Assembly (NCBI GenBank): GCA_025454755.1
Contig: JALONV010000002.1
Coordinates: 10,052-74,051 of the forward strand
Reading direction: 5' to 3'
Source: Bacteroidales bacterium
Lineage (GTDB): Bacteria > Bacteroidota > Bacteroidia > Bacteroidales > VadinHA17
DNA length: 64,000 nt
Within the stretch, counting starts at the first letter, position 1, and the number at the start of each line of letters is the position of its first letter. This document shows positions 1 through 9,265 of this stretch, in pieces. A program made the position numbers and the translations under genes. The notes beneath the pieces are model-generated. The model made no database searches. It saw only the letters and a list, made by a program, of their open reading frames with translations, and was not told the origin of the DNA.

Positions 1-2
1 GC

Positions 3-590
3 AGTGTTGGATATATACCCGATTCACTCATCTCGGAATTCAAGACCAGAAACGGCAGGATCGTAAAAGACGGAGGAGGCATTACCCCGGATATTGAAAA
101 TCTGCCGGAACCATTAAGCCAGATAACTGCAGAGCTTTATATAAGATACTTCATCTTTGATTTTGCGACTCAGTATTACTGGTCTCATCCGGATCTTAAA
201 TCGTCTTCTGATTTTGTTTTTACTGACCAGGATTATGCCAACTTTAAGAATATGCTTGTCGATCGTAAATTCAGTTATAAAACAGTAACCGAAGCTTCTC
301 TTAATCAACTTATTGACAATGCAAAAAAAGAGAAATACTACGATATTCACAAGGATCTTTTTACACAGCTTGAAAAGGATGTGACACACAGCCTGGAACA
401 TGATCTGAACGTCTTCAAACCTGAAATAACAGAACTTATCGAAGAAGAAATAATCGGCCGCTATTTTTATGAAGCCGGGGCAATTGCTTATGGACTTAAA
501 AAAGACAGACAGGTGAGCAGGGCAATTGAAATTCTTAATAATCCTTCACAGTACAACCTGGTATTAAGCGGAAAGTCCACTCCTGTTTAG
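3..590 (+). CDS. S41-family carboxy-terminal processing peptidase, C-terminal part (gene starts upstream of window)
   Basis: The frame is open from base 3 to TAG 588-590, so track ORF 252..590 is only the tail of a longer gene. Translated 'FKTRNGRIVKDGGGITPDIE' matches my recollection of the region after the catalytic domain of Bacteroidota S41/Ctp peptidases. Confidence 0.6.
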   Translation, partial: SVGYIPDSLISEFKTRNGRIVKDGGGITPDIENLPEPLSQITAELYIRYFIFDFATQYYWSHPDLKSSSDFVFTDQDYANFKNMLVDRKFSYKTVTEASLNQLIDNAKKEKYYDIHKDLFTQLEKDVTHSLEHDLNVFKPEITELIEEEIIGRYFYEAGAIAYGLKKDRQVSRAIEILNNPSQYNLVLSGKSTPV

Positions 591-1048
591 GCAGGGTTTT
601 CATGAACCCATTCATGCGAATTGTCTTCGAAGATCTCTTTTTTCCAGACTGGCAGCTTTCCTTTTATTAATTCCACAGTCTTTGCGCATGCATCTATTGC
701 CTGATGGCGATGGCCTGCCGATACAAGCACCATAAGAGATACTTCTCCGGCCATTACTCTTCCTGTTGAATGGAGAATATGAAGGTCTTTCACGTCAGGA
801 AACTCTTTCAGTATTTCCTGCTTTATATTCCCTGCTTCCTTTTTTGCCATTTCAGGGTAAGCAGAATATTCAATTGCAATGACTTTTTTTAAGCCCTTAA
901 CATCATCTCTTACCTGGCCAATGAAAATAGAATGGCCTCCGAGATTTTTATTTTTACCCATAATGCTGAGCCAGTAAGAAATTGTTTCCTGTGTTACCGG
1001 GCCTTCATTTAAAATATTTTCTTCTATTTTCATGCCCTTAATTATCAA
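587..1048 (-). CDS. moaE: molybdopterin synthase catalytic subunit MoaE
   Basis: 153 aa. 'FIGQVRDD..IEYSAYPEMA..HSTGRVMAGEVSLMVLVSAGHRHQAIDACAKTVELIKGKLPVWKKE' fits the MoaE pattern. It has an ATGA overlap with moaD. Confidence 0.85.
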   Translation of the reverse strand: MIIKGMKIEENILNEGPVTQETISYWLSIMGKNKNLGGHSIFIGQVRDDVKGLKKVIAIEYSAYPEMAKKEAGNIKQEILKEFPDVKDLHILHSTGRVMAGEVSLMVLVSAGHRHQAIDACAKTVELIKGKLPVWKKEIFEDNSHEWVHENPA

Positions 1049-1278
1049 CCCCCTGCAAACGGAGGCATAAATACCACTTCATCAAAATTCTTCAGTTCTG
1101 GATCTTCATTTACCATTTCACTGTTTACGGCAATCCTGTAATTATAATGGATTATTTCCGGAAATTCATCCCGGATCCTGAACATAAGATCGCTATAAGA
1201 TGCAATATCACGATAATGCTTGAACATGGTATGTGTAACCTCAGCAAGTACTCCAAAAAACAACACACGTATTTCCAT
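1045..1278 (-). CDS. moaD: MoaD/ThiS-type sulfur carrier protein
   Basis: 77 aa with a C-terminal Gly-Gly ('PPFAGG'). It is translationally coupled to moaE. Confidence 0.8.
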   Translation of the reverse strand: MEIRVLFFGVLAEVTHTMFKHYRDIASYSDLMFRIRDEFPEIIHYNYRIAVNSEMVNEDPELKNFDEVVFMPPFAGG

Positions 1279-1290
1279 AAATATTTATTT

Positions 1291-1377
1291 GCCCCCCTGC
1301 CTAAAGGGGGAGTGTAACTTTTCGTAAAAATAATATTTTATATGGGGTTTTAGCCCCCCTTCAGGGGGGATGGGGGG
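1291..1377. repeat. GC-rich double-hairpin intergenic element, copy 1
   Basis: The layout is CCCCCCTGCCTAAAGGGGG (1292-1310), an AT-rich spacer with GGGGTTT, then CCCCCC TTCA GGGGGG (1354-1369), AT, and GGGGGG (1372-1377). It directly abuts the polA stop (TTA 1378-1380). Confidence 0.85.
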
Positions 1378-4221
1378 TTATTTAGCTTCAAACCAATTCC
1401 GCCCCGTCCCCCAGTCAACCTTAAGCGGGATATCGAGTTTCGCGGCATTCGACATTTCATCAATTACCATAATCTTTAGCTTTTCAAGTTCTGAATCGGG
1501 CACCTCAAAAATGAGTTCGTCATGAACCTGCAGAATCATTTTCGATCTATACTTACCTTCTTTCAGCCTGTTGTCGATCCTTATCATGGCGATCTTAATA
1601 ATATCGGCAGCGGAGCCCTGTATGGGGGCATTTATGGCATTTCGTTCTGCATTGCCTCTTACCACCTGATTGCGGGAATGTATGTCGCGCAGATATCTTC
1701 TCCGTCCGAACATTGTGGTTACATATCCTTTATCTCTGGCCTTTTTTATGCTCTCATCCATGTAGGTTTTAACTCCCGGATAGGACGTAAAATATCCGTC
1801 AATGAGCTCCCTGGCTTCTTTTCGACCAATGGTAAGCCGCTCCGATAATCCAAACGAAGAAATGCCGTATATTATCCCGAAATTTGCAGTCTTTGCCCTG
1901 CTTCTCATTTCCCGCGTTACATCCTTTATATCAACACCAAAAATTTTGGAAGCAGTAGCCGCATGAATGTCATTTCCGGAAAGGAAATCTGATATCATGC
2001 TTTTATCCCGGCTGAGATGTGCCATCAGTCTCAGTTCTATCTGGGAATAATCCGCTGAAAAGAAAATATGGCCTTTTTCAGGTACAAACGCTTTTCTTAT
2101 CTCCCGGCCCCTTTCATCTCTTACCGGAATATTCTGAAGGTTGGGATTATTGGAGCTCAGTCTGCCTGTGGCAGCTACTGCCTGATTAAATGAAGTGTGA
2201 ATTCGGCCGGTCTTTCTGTCAATGAGTTGAGGCAATGCTTCAACATACGTCGTTAATAGCTTCTTTAATCCCCTGTATTCTAACACTTTATCAATAATTG
2301 GATGCTTATGTGCAAGGCGTTGAAGTATCTCTTCATTTGTAACAAACTGTCTGGTGCTTGTCATTCTTGCTTTGTCGTCAAGCTTCAGTTTTAAGAATAA
2401 TATATCTCCGAGCTGTTTGGGAGAAGAGATATTAAACTCTGTACCCGCAAGATTGAATATCTCTTTTTCAAGGAAAATAATATCATCCCGCAAGCTTGCA
2501 GTGATGAATTTGAGTTCCGCGGTATTCAGAATTACACCATTGCGTTCCATGAGTGCCAGAACGGGAATAAGAGGCATTTCAATATTGGACGATAACTCTG
2601 CAAGCCCTTCTGATTTTATTCTTGGTTCAAAAACATTCTTAAGCTGAAGTGTTACATCGGCATCCTCAACCGCATATTCCTTCAGCTTATCATTATCAAC
2701 TGAACGCATGTTTTTTTGCGTTTCGCCTTTCTCTCCGATCAACGATTCGATATGCACAGGAGTGTAGGAAAGATAGGTTTCCGATAGCAGGTTCATATTA
2801 TGGCGCATATCCGGCTCAAGAAGGTAATGGGCGATCATCGTGTCAAACAATGGTCCCCTGATCTCGATGCCATAATTTGCCAGCACCTGGATGTCAAATT
2901 TAAGATTCTGTCCGATTTTAATTATCGCCGGGTTTTCAAGAACCGGTCTGATTATGCTGAGAAGCCTGTGTGTCTCTTCCCTTGATTCCGGGAAGCGTAC
3001 AAGGTATCCTTTACTTTTTTCCCATGAAAATGCAATTGCTACAATTTCCGACTCAAGCGGATTGATGCTGGTGGTCTCCGTATCGAAACATATCTCCTTT
3101 TGCCCGGATGCGATTTCTGTCAATTTTCTTAATGACTGATCATCAGCGATAAGAATATATTCATGTTCCACATTCTCAATTGTCGATTTTGTAGTGTTGA
3201 CGATTGTCTCTTCTGTCTCTTCAGGGCCAAAAAAGAGAGAGCCCTGTACAGAGCCGGAGGAGGCATTCTGTTCTTGTTTTTCAGTTGCTGCAGGTCCTGC
3301 CACGGGCTTCTCGTGCTTTTCTATTTCAGAGAGTATCCTGGCAGCTACGGTTCTGAATTCAAGCTCCTCAAACAGGGTTTTCAGCTTCAGAGGATCAGGA
3401 ATTTCTGTTTCAAGTTCTTTTTCATTAAGATCAACCGGCACCCGAGTATCTATGGTTGCCAGTCTTTTTGACAATTCGATTTTTTCCCTGTTTCCTTCTA
3501 TGATTTCTTTCAGCTTCCCTTTTAGTTTGTCAGTATGTTTGAACAGCTCTTCCACTGAACCATATTCTGATATCAGTTTCATGGCTGTCTTTGGTCCCAC
3601 TCCCGGAGCTCCGGGAATATTATCGGAAGTGTCGCCCATGAGTGCAAGGATATCAATTACCTGTTTCGGATCCTTTACCTGGAATTCCCTTTTTATATCT
3701 TCAACACCCCATTGAACTGATTCATTCCCGCTTCTTGAGGGCTTGAACATCCGGACATTGTCAGTAACCAGCTGTGCAAAATCCTTATCAGGAGTCATCA
3801 TATATGTCGTGAATCCTTTTTCAGAGGCCTTTCTTGCCAGAGTTCCTATTACATCATCGGCTTCATAGCCCGGATAATCTATAACCGGAATTTTATAAGC
3901 CTCAATCAGTTTCTTGATATAAGGCACGGCTTTTTTTATGTCTTCAGGCGTCTCATCCCTGTTCGCCTTGTACTCAGGGTACATTTCATGCCTGAAGGTT
4001 GGCGTGGGAGTATCAAACACTACTGCAATATGTGTGGGTTTCTGTTTTTGCAGAACCTCTTCCAGTGTAAGAAGAAATCCAAATACAGCAGAAGTATTGA
4101 GCCCTTTGGATGTAATCCTGGGATTCTTAATGAATGCATAATACGATCTGAATATCAGGGCATATGCATCAAGTAAGAATAGTTTTTTCGGGATGTTCTC
4201 AATCATGTTTCTTTTCTTCAA
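1378..4221 (-). CDS. polA: DNA polymerase I
   Basis: 947 aa. It has a 5'-nuclease N-terminus ('LLDAYALIFRSYYA'), a 3'-5' exonuclease region ('CFDTETTS') and a family A polymerase domain ('RRRAKTANFGIIYG', 'QVHDELIFE'). Confidence 0.97.
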   Translation of the reverse strand: MKKRNMIENIPKKLFLLDAYALIFRSYYAFIKNPRITSKGLNTSAVFGFLLTLEEVLQKQKPTHIAVVFDTPTPTFRHEMYPEYKANRDETPEDIKKAVPYIKKLIEAYKIPVIDYPGYEADDVIGTLARKASEKGFTTYMMTPDKDFAQLVTDNVRMFKPSRSGNESVQWGVEDIKREFQVKDPKQVIDILALMGDTSDNIPGAPGVGPKTAMKLISEYGSVEELFKHTDKLKGKLKEIIEGNREKIELSKRLATIDTRVPVDLNEKELETEIPDPLKLKTLFEELEFRTVAARILSEIEKHEKPVAGPAATEKQEQNASSGSVQGSLFFGPEETEETIVNTTKSTIENVEHEYILIADDQSLRKLTEIASGQKEICFDTETTSINPLESEIVAIAFSWEKSKGYLVRFPESREETHRLLSIIRPVLENPAIIKIGQNLKFDIQVLANYGIEIRGPLFDTMIAHYLLEPDMRHNMNLLSETYLSYTPVHIESLIGEKGETQKNMRSVDNDKLKEYAVEDADVTLQLKNVFEPRIKSEGLAELSSNIEMPLIPVLALMERNGVILNTAELKFITASLRDDIIFLEKEIFNLAGTEFNISSPKQLGDILFLKLKLDDKARMTSTRQFVTNEEILQRLAHKHPIIDKVLEYRGLKKLLTTYVEALPQLIDRKTGRIHTSFNQAVAATGRLSSNNPNLQNIPVRDERGREIRKAFVPEKGHIFFSADYSQIELRLMAHLSRDKSMISDFLSGNDIHAATASKIFGVDIKDVTREMRSRAKTANFGIIYGISSFGLSERLTIGRKEARELIDGYFTSYPGVKTYMDESIKKARDKGYVTTMFGRRRYLRDIHSRNQVVRGNAERNAINAPIQGSAADIIKIAMIRIDNRLKEGKYRSKMILQVHDELIFEVPDSELEKLKIMVIDEMSNAAKLDIPLKVDWGTGRNWFEAK

Positions 4222-4250
4222 TAATTATAATGTCATTTGCCTTAATGTCA

Positions 4251-4357
4251 GACCCCCTGGCCGCTGCGCGGCCCTCCCGCCTAAGCAGGACTAAAACCCA
4301 GTACTAAATAAGATTTCCTTATTGGGTTTCAACCCCCCTTCAGGGGGGGCTGGGGGG
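4251..4357. repeat. GC-rich double-hairpin intergenic element, copy 2
   Basis: The left part is degenerate, with nested hairpins GGCCGC TGC GCGGCC (4259-4273) and TCCCGC CTAA GCAGGA (4275-4290). The right part is CCCCCC TTCA GGGGGGG (4333-4349), CT, and GGGGGG (4352-4357). It abuts the queD stop (TTA 4358-4360). Confidence 0.85.
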
Positions 4358-4810
4358 TTATCTATTATCTTCTGCAAACCATTCGGCGTATGATTTTGCG
4401 GTTTCATATAGTTTCAGGCTGTGAAGTGAGATCCCTTCAGGCATTTCATTAATGAGCCTGCCTGCAAAATCAGCAACAAGATTTTCGCAGGTGGGCTGGT
4501 AATCAACGATTACTGTATTCCCGAAGGTTTTTTCCAGCATTCCCTTTTTTTCTTCGTCAAAATTCCTGCTGATCACAACTGAATGGTCGAACAGATTTAC
4601 AATCTTCTTAAGGACAATATTCTTTAGTTCGGTAAAATCGATTACCATTCCGTTTTTCGGATTGTCTGCATCATTTACAGGAACACCCGATAAAGTCACG
4701 AAAAGCCGGTATGAGTGGCCATGAACATTTCTGCACGGACCATCATAATTTCCAAGTACATGTGCCATCTCAAAAGTGAACTCTCTTGTGACCCTGATTA
4801 TTGAATTCAT
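4358..4810 (-). CDS. queD: 6-carboxy-5,6,7,8-tetrahydropterin synthase (6-pyruvoyl-tetrahydropterin synthase family)
   Basis: 150 aa. 'REFTFEMAHVL..CRNVHGHSYRLFVTL' carries the Cys/His-His zinc and catalytic motif of the QueD/PTPS family. Confidence 0.88.
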   Translation of the reverse strand: MNSIIRVTREFTFEMAHVLGNYDGPCRNVHGHSYRLFVTLSGVPVNDADNPKNGMVIDFTELKNIVLKKIVNLFDHSVVISRNFDEEKKGMLEKTFGNTVIVDYQPTCENLVADFAGRLINEMPEGISLHSLKLYETAKSYAEWFAEDNR

Positions 4811-4972
4811 AATTATTGTTTTGAAGACTTCCCAAAATTAGTTATTCTGCCGGATTTAACAGTTCGAATAAAGCGCCACCGCTGTTCGAAAGCCTGTTTA
4901 TTAACAATAATTAAACAAAAATTTGCTTAATTTGCGTAAATTGCGTCCTTTGGATTAATTAAAATCCACATC

Positions 4973-6619
4973 ATGGAAGAGATCATACAAAAACTAACTT
5001 TCCCTGCATTATTCAACGAAACTATCCGCAGATGCGGCAAATCGCGAGCTTACGCTTTTGTGGGAGAAGAACCGATAACTTACGAAGAAGCAGGAAGAAA
5101 GATCCAGGCTTTATCAGCATTTCTTGAAAAAGCAGACATACACCCGGGTGACAGAGTTGCCCTGCTTAGCACCAATATGCCAAACTGGCCATTAGCCTAT
5201 TTTTCAGTAACGTTCATGGGGGCCGTAATTGTTCCGATACTTCCGGATTTTTCTGTTACGGAAGTTGCAAATGTACTGGAGCACTCCGGAGCCAGGGCTA
5301 TTTTTATATCATCAGGGCTTGTATCGAGAATTGAAGGATTCAGGTCGGAAAATCTAAAGACAGTAATCTCTCTGGAAGATTTTTCCATTGTCAGTTCCGA
5401 AAAGAATTTATCGGGATTTGATCCCGGTGCAACACCATCACAAAACTATGATGTAAAGGAAGATGACCTTGCAGCTATAATCTATACTTCGGGGACAACG
5501 GGTCGTTCAAAAGGAGTAATGCTGACACATAAAAACATAACATTCAATGCATTCAAGGGATATAAAATTCAGCCTGTTGATGAAAATGACCGTTTTTTGT
5601 CGGTGCTTCCACTGTCGCATACTTATGAGAATACCCTGGGATTGATTCTGCCGCTAATCGGAGGATCATGTGTCTATTATTTAAGAAAGCCTCCCACTCC
5701 GCCTGTGCTGATGCCGGCGCTTGAACTGGTTAAACCCACTGTCATGCTGACTGTTCCCCTGATTATGGAAAAAGTATATTTTAACAAGATTCTTCCGGCT
5801 TTCAGGGAAAAACTTATACTTAAGCTTCTCTATAAAATCCCGATCTTCAGGAAATTGCTCCACCTTGCTGCCGGTAAAAAGCTGTATAAAACATTTGGTG
5901 GAAATCTTAAATTTTTCGGTATCGGAGGAGCCAAGCTTAACAGAAGCGCTGAACAATTCCTTAGCGAAGCTAAATTCCCATATGCCATCGGCTATGGTCT
6001 GACTGAAACTTCACCTCTTCTTGCGGGTGCCAATCCCAGCAAAACGGTATTTCTATCAACCGGACCGGCAATTGAAGATATTGAATTGAAAATCAATAAT
6101 CCGGATAAGAAAACCGGAGAAGGAGAAATCTGGGCAAGAGGAGCAACTGTTATGAAAGGTTATTACAAGGAACCTGAAATGACAGCCGAAGTGCTGACTC
6201 CTGATGGCTGGTTCAAAACCGGAGATCTTGGTGTGCTTGACAAAAACAACAACCTTTTCATCAGGGGAAGACTTAAAAATATGATTGTTGGTGCAAGCGG
6301 TGAGAATATTTATCCCGAAGAGATCGAGTCTGTTATCAACAATTTCCGTTTTGTGGTTGAATCGCTTGTTGTTCAGCAGAAAGGAAAACTTGTAGCTTAT
6401 GTTCACCTTAACATGGAAGAGCTTGAAAAGAAATATCAGAACCTGAAACAGGACATGTCGGATAAATACGAAGAGAAAAAGGAAGAGTTGCTGGCTGAGT
6501 TAAAGGAATACGTCAATTCACAGGTCAATAAGTTCAGCCAGATACAAAAGGTTGAGCTTCAGCCTGTCCCGTTTCAGAAAACAGCAACACTTAAAATAAA
6601 AAGGTTTCTGTACACATAA
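4973..6619 (+). CDS. AMP-dependent synthetase/ligase, long-chain-fatty-acid--CoA ligase-like
   Basis: 548 aa. AMP-binding signature 'IIYTSGTTGRSKGVMLTHKN', followed by 'GYGLTETS' and 'WFKTGDLG'. Confidence 0.85.
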   Translation: MEEIIQKLTFPALFNETIRRCGKSRAYAFVGEEPITYEEAGRKIQALSAFLEKADIHPGDRVALLSTNMPNWPLAYFSVTFMGAVIVPILPDFSVTEVANVLEHSGARAIFISSGLVSRIEGFRSENLKTVISLEDFSIVSSEKNLSGFDPGATPSQNYDVKEDDLAAIIYTSGTTGRSKGVMLTHKNITFNAFKGYKIQPVDENDRFLSVLPLSHTYENTLGLILPLIGGSCVYYLRKPPTPPVLMPALELVKPTVMLTVPLIMEKVYFNKILPAFREKLILKLLYKIPIFRKLLHLAAGKKLYKTFGGNLKFFGIGGAKLNRSAEQFLSEAKFPYAIGYGLTETSPLLAGANPSKTVFLSTGPAIEDIELKINNPDKKTGEGEIWARGATVMKGYYKEPEMTAEVLTPDGWFKTGDLGVLDKNNNLFIRGRLKNMIVGASGENIYPEEIESVINNFRFVVESLVVQQKGKLVAYVHLNMEELEKKYQNLKQDMSDKYEEKKEELLAELKEYVNSQVNKFSQIQKVELQPVPFQKTATLKIKRFLYT

Positions 6620-6642
6620 ATATTTATACAGATCAGGATTAA

Positions 6643-6679
6643 ATGTTAAGAGACGCTCAAATTGGGCGTCTCTTAACAT
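6643..6679. terminator. bidirectional hairpin between convergent ligase and SOD genes
   Basis: ATGTTAAGAGACGC (6643-6656) and GCGTCTCTTAACAT (6666-6679) form a perfect 14-bp stem with a 9-nt loop. Confidence 0.7.
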
Positions 6680-6704
6680 TAATATTCGTTGTGGCGCAAA
6701 AAAA

Positions 6705-7430
6705 TTATTTCAAAGCTTCTTTATATAATTTGTTCACTTCATTCCAGTTTACAACATTCCAGAATGCCTCAACATAATCAGCTCTTTTATTCTGATATTT
6801 CAGGTAATAGGCATGCTCCCATACATCAATTGTCAGAATCGGAGTCCCCTTTAGTGGTGAAATATCCATAAGGGGATTGTCCTGGTTGGGCGTACTGCCA
6901 ACTGCCAGGGCTTTATCAGCTGCAACTACCAGCCATGCCCATCCGCTTCCAAAACGTGTCTTTGCAGCATTGCTGAATGTTTCTTTGAATTTGTCAAATG
7001 AACCGAAAGCTTTTTCAATGGCCGCAGATAGTTCGGGAGAGGGACCTGCAGATCCTTTTCCAAGGATCCTCCAGAAGAATACGTGATTATAATAACCTCC
7101 GCCATTGTTCTTTATCGGATCTCCGGCCTTCGATATCTCTGAGAATACTTTTCCGAGGGGCATGTTCTCATAGGCAGTGCCCTTTATCGCAGCCACATAA
7201 TTATTAAAATATGCCCTGTGGTGTTTGTCGTAATGTATTTCCATTGTCCTTGCATCTAAATAAGGCTCAAGCGCATCATATGCGTATGGCAGTGCAGGGA
7301 ATTCTTTTGTGCTTAAATTTTCCATATCAGTTGTATTTGAATTAGTTACCTGCCCGGAAAGGGAAAATAATGCAGTAAGCATCAAGGTAATCACCAACCC
7401 GGATTTTTTTTCTAAATTTATATTTGCCAT
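6705..7430 (-). CDS. Fe/Mn-family superoxide dismutase, Mn-type, with N-terminal signal peptide
   Basis: 241 aa with 'HYDKHHRAYFNNYV' and 'STPNQDNPL..DVWEHAYYLKYQNKRADYVEAFWNVVNW'. The NQD motif is as in E. coli SodA. About 40 extra N-terminal residues include the hydrophobic 'GLVITLMLTALFSLSG'. Confidence 0.9.
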   Translation of the reverse strand: MANINLEKKSGLVITLMLTALFSLSGQVTNSNTTDMENLSTKEFPALPYAYDALEPYLDARTMEIHYDKHHRAYFNNYVAAIKGTAYENMPLGKVFSEISKAGDPIKNNGGGYYNHVFFWRILGKGSAGPSPELSAAIEKAFGSFDKFKETFSNAAKTRFGSGWAWLVVAADKALAVGSTPNQDNPLMDISPLKGTPILTIDVWEHAYYLKYQNKRADYVEAFWNVVNWNEVNKLYKEALK

Positions 7431-7608
7431 TTATGTTAGTTTGGTTGTTAAACAAGTAAACCCAAAGAATGTTCAAATATTATTTTTCTGACAAAATATT
7501 GCATAAGAGCCCGTTAAAGCAAAATTATTATTTATTATGCAACTTTTAGCTTAATTTTACCGTTATATAAATAACCTGAAACGTTTACACAACTTAATAC
7601 AACATAAT

Positions 7609-8427
7609 ATGAAAAAGTATTTCACTTTATTGCTGTTGACAGTTTTCCTTGCAAGTATAATGACCAGCTGCAAGAAAAAACATGGAGATCCTCCGATACT
7701 GCCTCCACAGGAATCCATGATAATTGACTTCTCTAATTTTGAATCGGGGAAGAAATCATCGGATTTCACGGCTCAGAAAGGCGTTAATGACTATAACTGG
7801 GGATTTTCTGCCCTTGTCGCAAAATATTGGACAGATGTTATATTTGTGACCCTTGCTGTTCCGGTGGCAGCATTTGATCTGGCGCTTGATCAGGATCCTG
7901 TCTGGATTGAGAAGAACACATGGCAGTGGAGCTATGATGTAACAGTCCTTTCCGTTAAATTTAAAGCCAGGCTTGTAGGTCTGATCAGGTCAACTGATGT
8001 TTTATGGAAAATGTATATTACCCGGGAAGGGACAGGTGGTTTTGCTGAATTCCTCTGGTTTGAAGGCACTTCAAACCTTGACAGAAAAGGCGGATCCTGG
8101 ACTCTCAATTATAGTTCTTCTGATCAGACGCCGGTGCTTTCAGTAACCTGGACCGGAGACGGAACAAAAGTAACCTATGTCAAATATACATATGTCAGAA
8201 ATGGCACATTCAAGAACAGCTACATAGAGTACAAAACATCAGCGACTTCTGCAAGCTTCGACTCAAGTTATAAAATTTATTATTCCACTAATGGAGTAGA
8301 TTATAACGAAATGAATGTTGAGTGGAATTCTGTAAATTTCAGCGGCAGGGTAAAATGCCAGGCCTTCTATTCTGATACCAACTGGCATTGCTGGAATGAA
8401 AACTATGTTGATATCACATGCCCGTAA
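7609..8427 (+). CDS. hypothetical lipoprotein
   Basis: 272 aa. The signal peptide ends in lipobox-like 'IMTSC'. I recognise no family. Confidence 0.65.
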   Translation: MKKYFTLLLLTVFLASIMTSCKKKHGDPPILPPQESMIIDFSNFESGKKSSDFTAQKGVNDYNWGFSALVAKYWTDVIFVTLAVPVAAFDLALDQDPVWIEKNTWQWSYDVTVLSVKFKARLVGLIRSTDVLWKMYITREGTGGFAEFLWFEGTSNLDRKGGSWTLNYSSSDQTPVLSVTWTGDGTKVTYVKYTYVRNGTFKNSYIEYKTSATSASFDSSYKIYYSTNGVDYNEMNVEWNSVNFSGRVKCQAFYSDTNWHCWNENYVDITCP

Positions 8428-8457
8428 AACCAATATTACCGTAATGATTAAACTTGT

Positions 8458-8491
8458 AGAGACGCCCCGTTTGGGCGTCTCTGCAGTTTTT
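8458..8491 (+). terminator. rho-independent-type terminator after lipoprotein gene
   Basis: AGAGACGCCC (8458-8467) pairs with GGGCGTCTCT (8473-8482) across a 5-nt loop. It is followed by GCAGTTTTT. Confidence 0.7.
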
Positions 8492-8508
8492 ATGACGTTT
8501 GTCTGCAT

Positions 8509-9174
8509 TTAATGTCCTGCGGCAATTCTCTGCAGTTCATCTGATTCAACTATCCTTTGTCCTGGTTTACCCTGAAGCAGGTCTATCATGGCTTTTGCAA
8601 CATCCCTGCCATGTATAGCCCTGAATTTCCTTAATTTTCCCATCAGGACCGGCTGAACAGTTTTCATTACTACCTTTCCTATAATTTCACCTGTCCTTCT
8701 TTCTTTCCTGTCGCCGAAAAGCATTGATGGCCTGACAATCACAATTCTTTCAAAACCGGTTTTCAGAATCTCTTCTTCCATTTCTCCCTTTATCCTGAGA
8801 TAATAATTTGTTGATCCTGATGCTGCACCAATAGATGAAACAACTGCCACTCCCCTGACACCATTATTTCGCGCCATTTTTGAAACAAGAACAGGAAGAT
8901 CCCTGTCTATTTTTTCCATATTCGCAACTGAACCTGCTTTTCTTATTGTTGTGCCCAGGCAAATAAACAGATCGTCTCCCTGGATCTTTGCGGACAGGCT
9001 TTCCGTATCGGAGAAATCAGTTACTATTTCTTCTACTCCGGGAAGAGAAATTCCTGTTTGCTGCCTTACAAATATCCTGACTGTTGAATAAGTATTTGTT
9101 TTTGCCAGTTCCTCCAGAAGCAGATTGCCGACAAGTCCTGTAGCTCCGAATAAAATTGCTGTTTTTCCTCCCAT
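8509..9174 (-). CDS. NAD(P)H-binding atypical SDR-family oxidoreductase
   Basis: 221 aa with the N-terminal Rossmann motif 'ILFGATGLVGN'. Confidence 0.75.
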   Translation of the reverse strand: MGGKTAILFGATGLVGNLLLEELAKTNTYSTVRIFVRQQTGISLPGVEEIVTDFSDTESLSAKIQGDDLFICLGTTIRKAGSVANMEKIDRDLPVLVSKMARNNGVRGVAVVSSIGAASGSTNYYLRIKGEMEEEILKTGFERIVIVRPSMLFGDRKERRTGEIIGKVVMKTVQPVLMGKLRKFRAIHGRDVAKAMIDLLQGKPGQRIVESDELQRIAAGH

Positions 9175-9265
9175 TCTATGAAAATATTGAAGCGGAAAGT
9201 TACAAAAACATCTGTTCCTGGATAAATTTCTGCCAATATGTTTTTGTTTTTAAATTATTTTATCT

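Noticed and set aside
1279-1377. The structured GC-rich region directly upstream of moaD, considered as a Moco riboswitch.
   Set aside because: The same element recurs after queD, inside the arsR 3' end and after nfo, in contexts unrelated to molybdenum cofactor. It is therefore a dispersed repeat, not a gene-specific riboswitch.
1522-4176. Plus-strand ORFs of 61-173 aa inside polA (for example 3194..3715), and similar antisense ORFs inside most long genes.
   Set aside because: They lie fully inside well-supported genes on the opposite strand. They have low-complexity, Ser/Leu/Phe-rich translations and no recognisable motifs. They are typical shadow ORFs.
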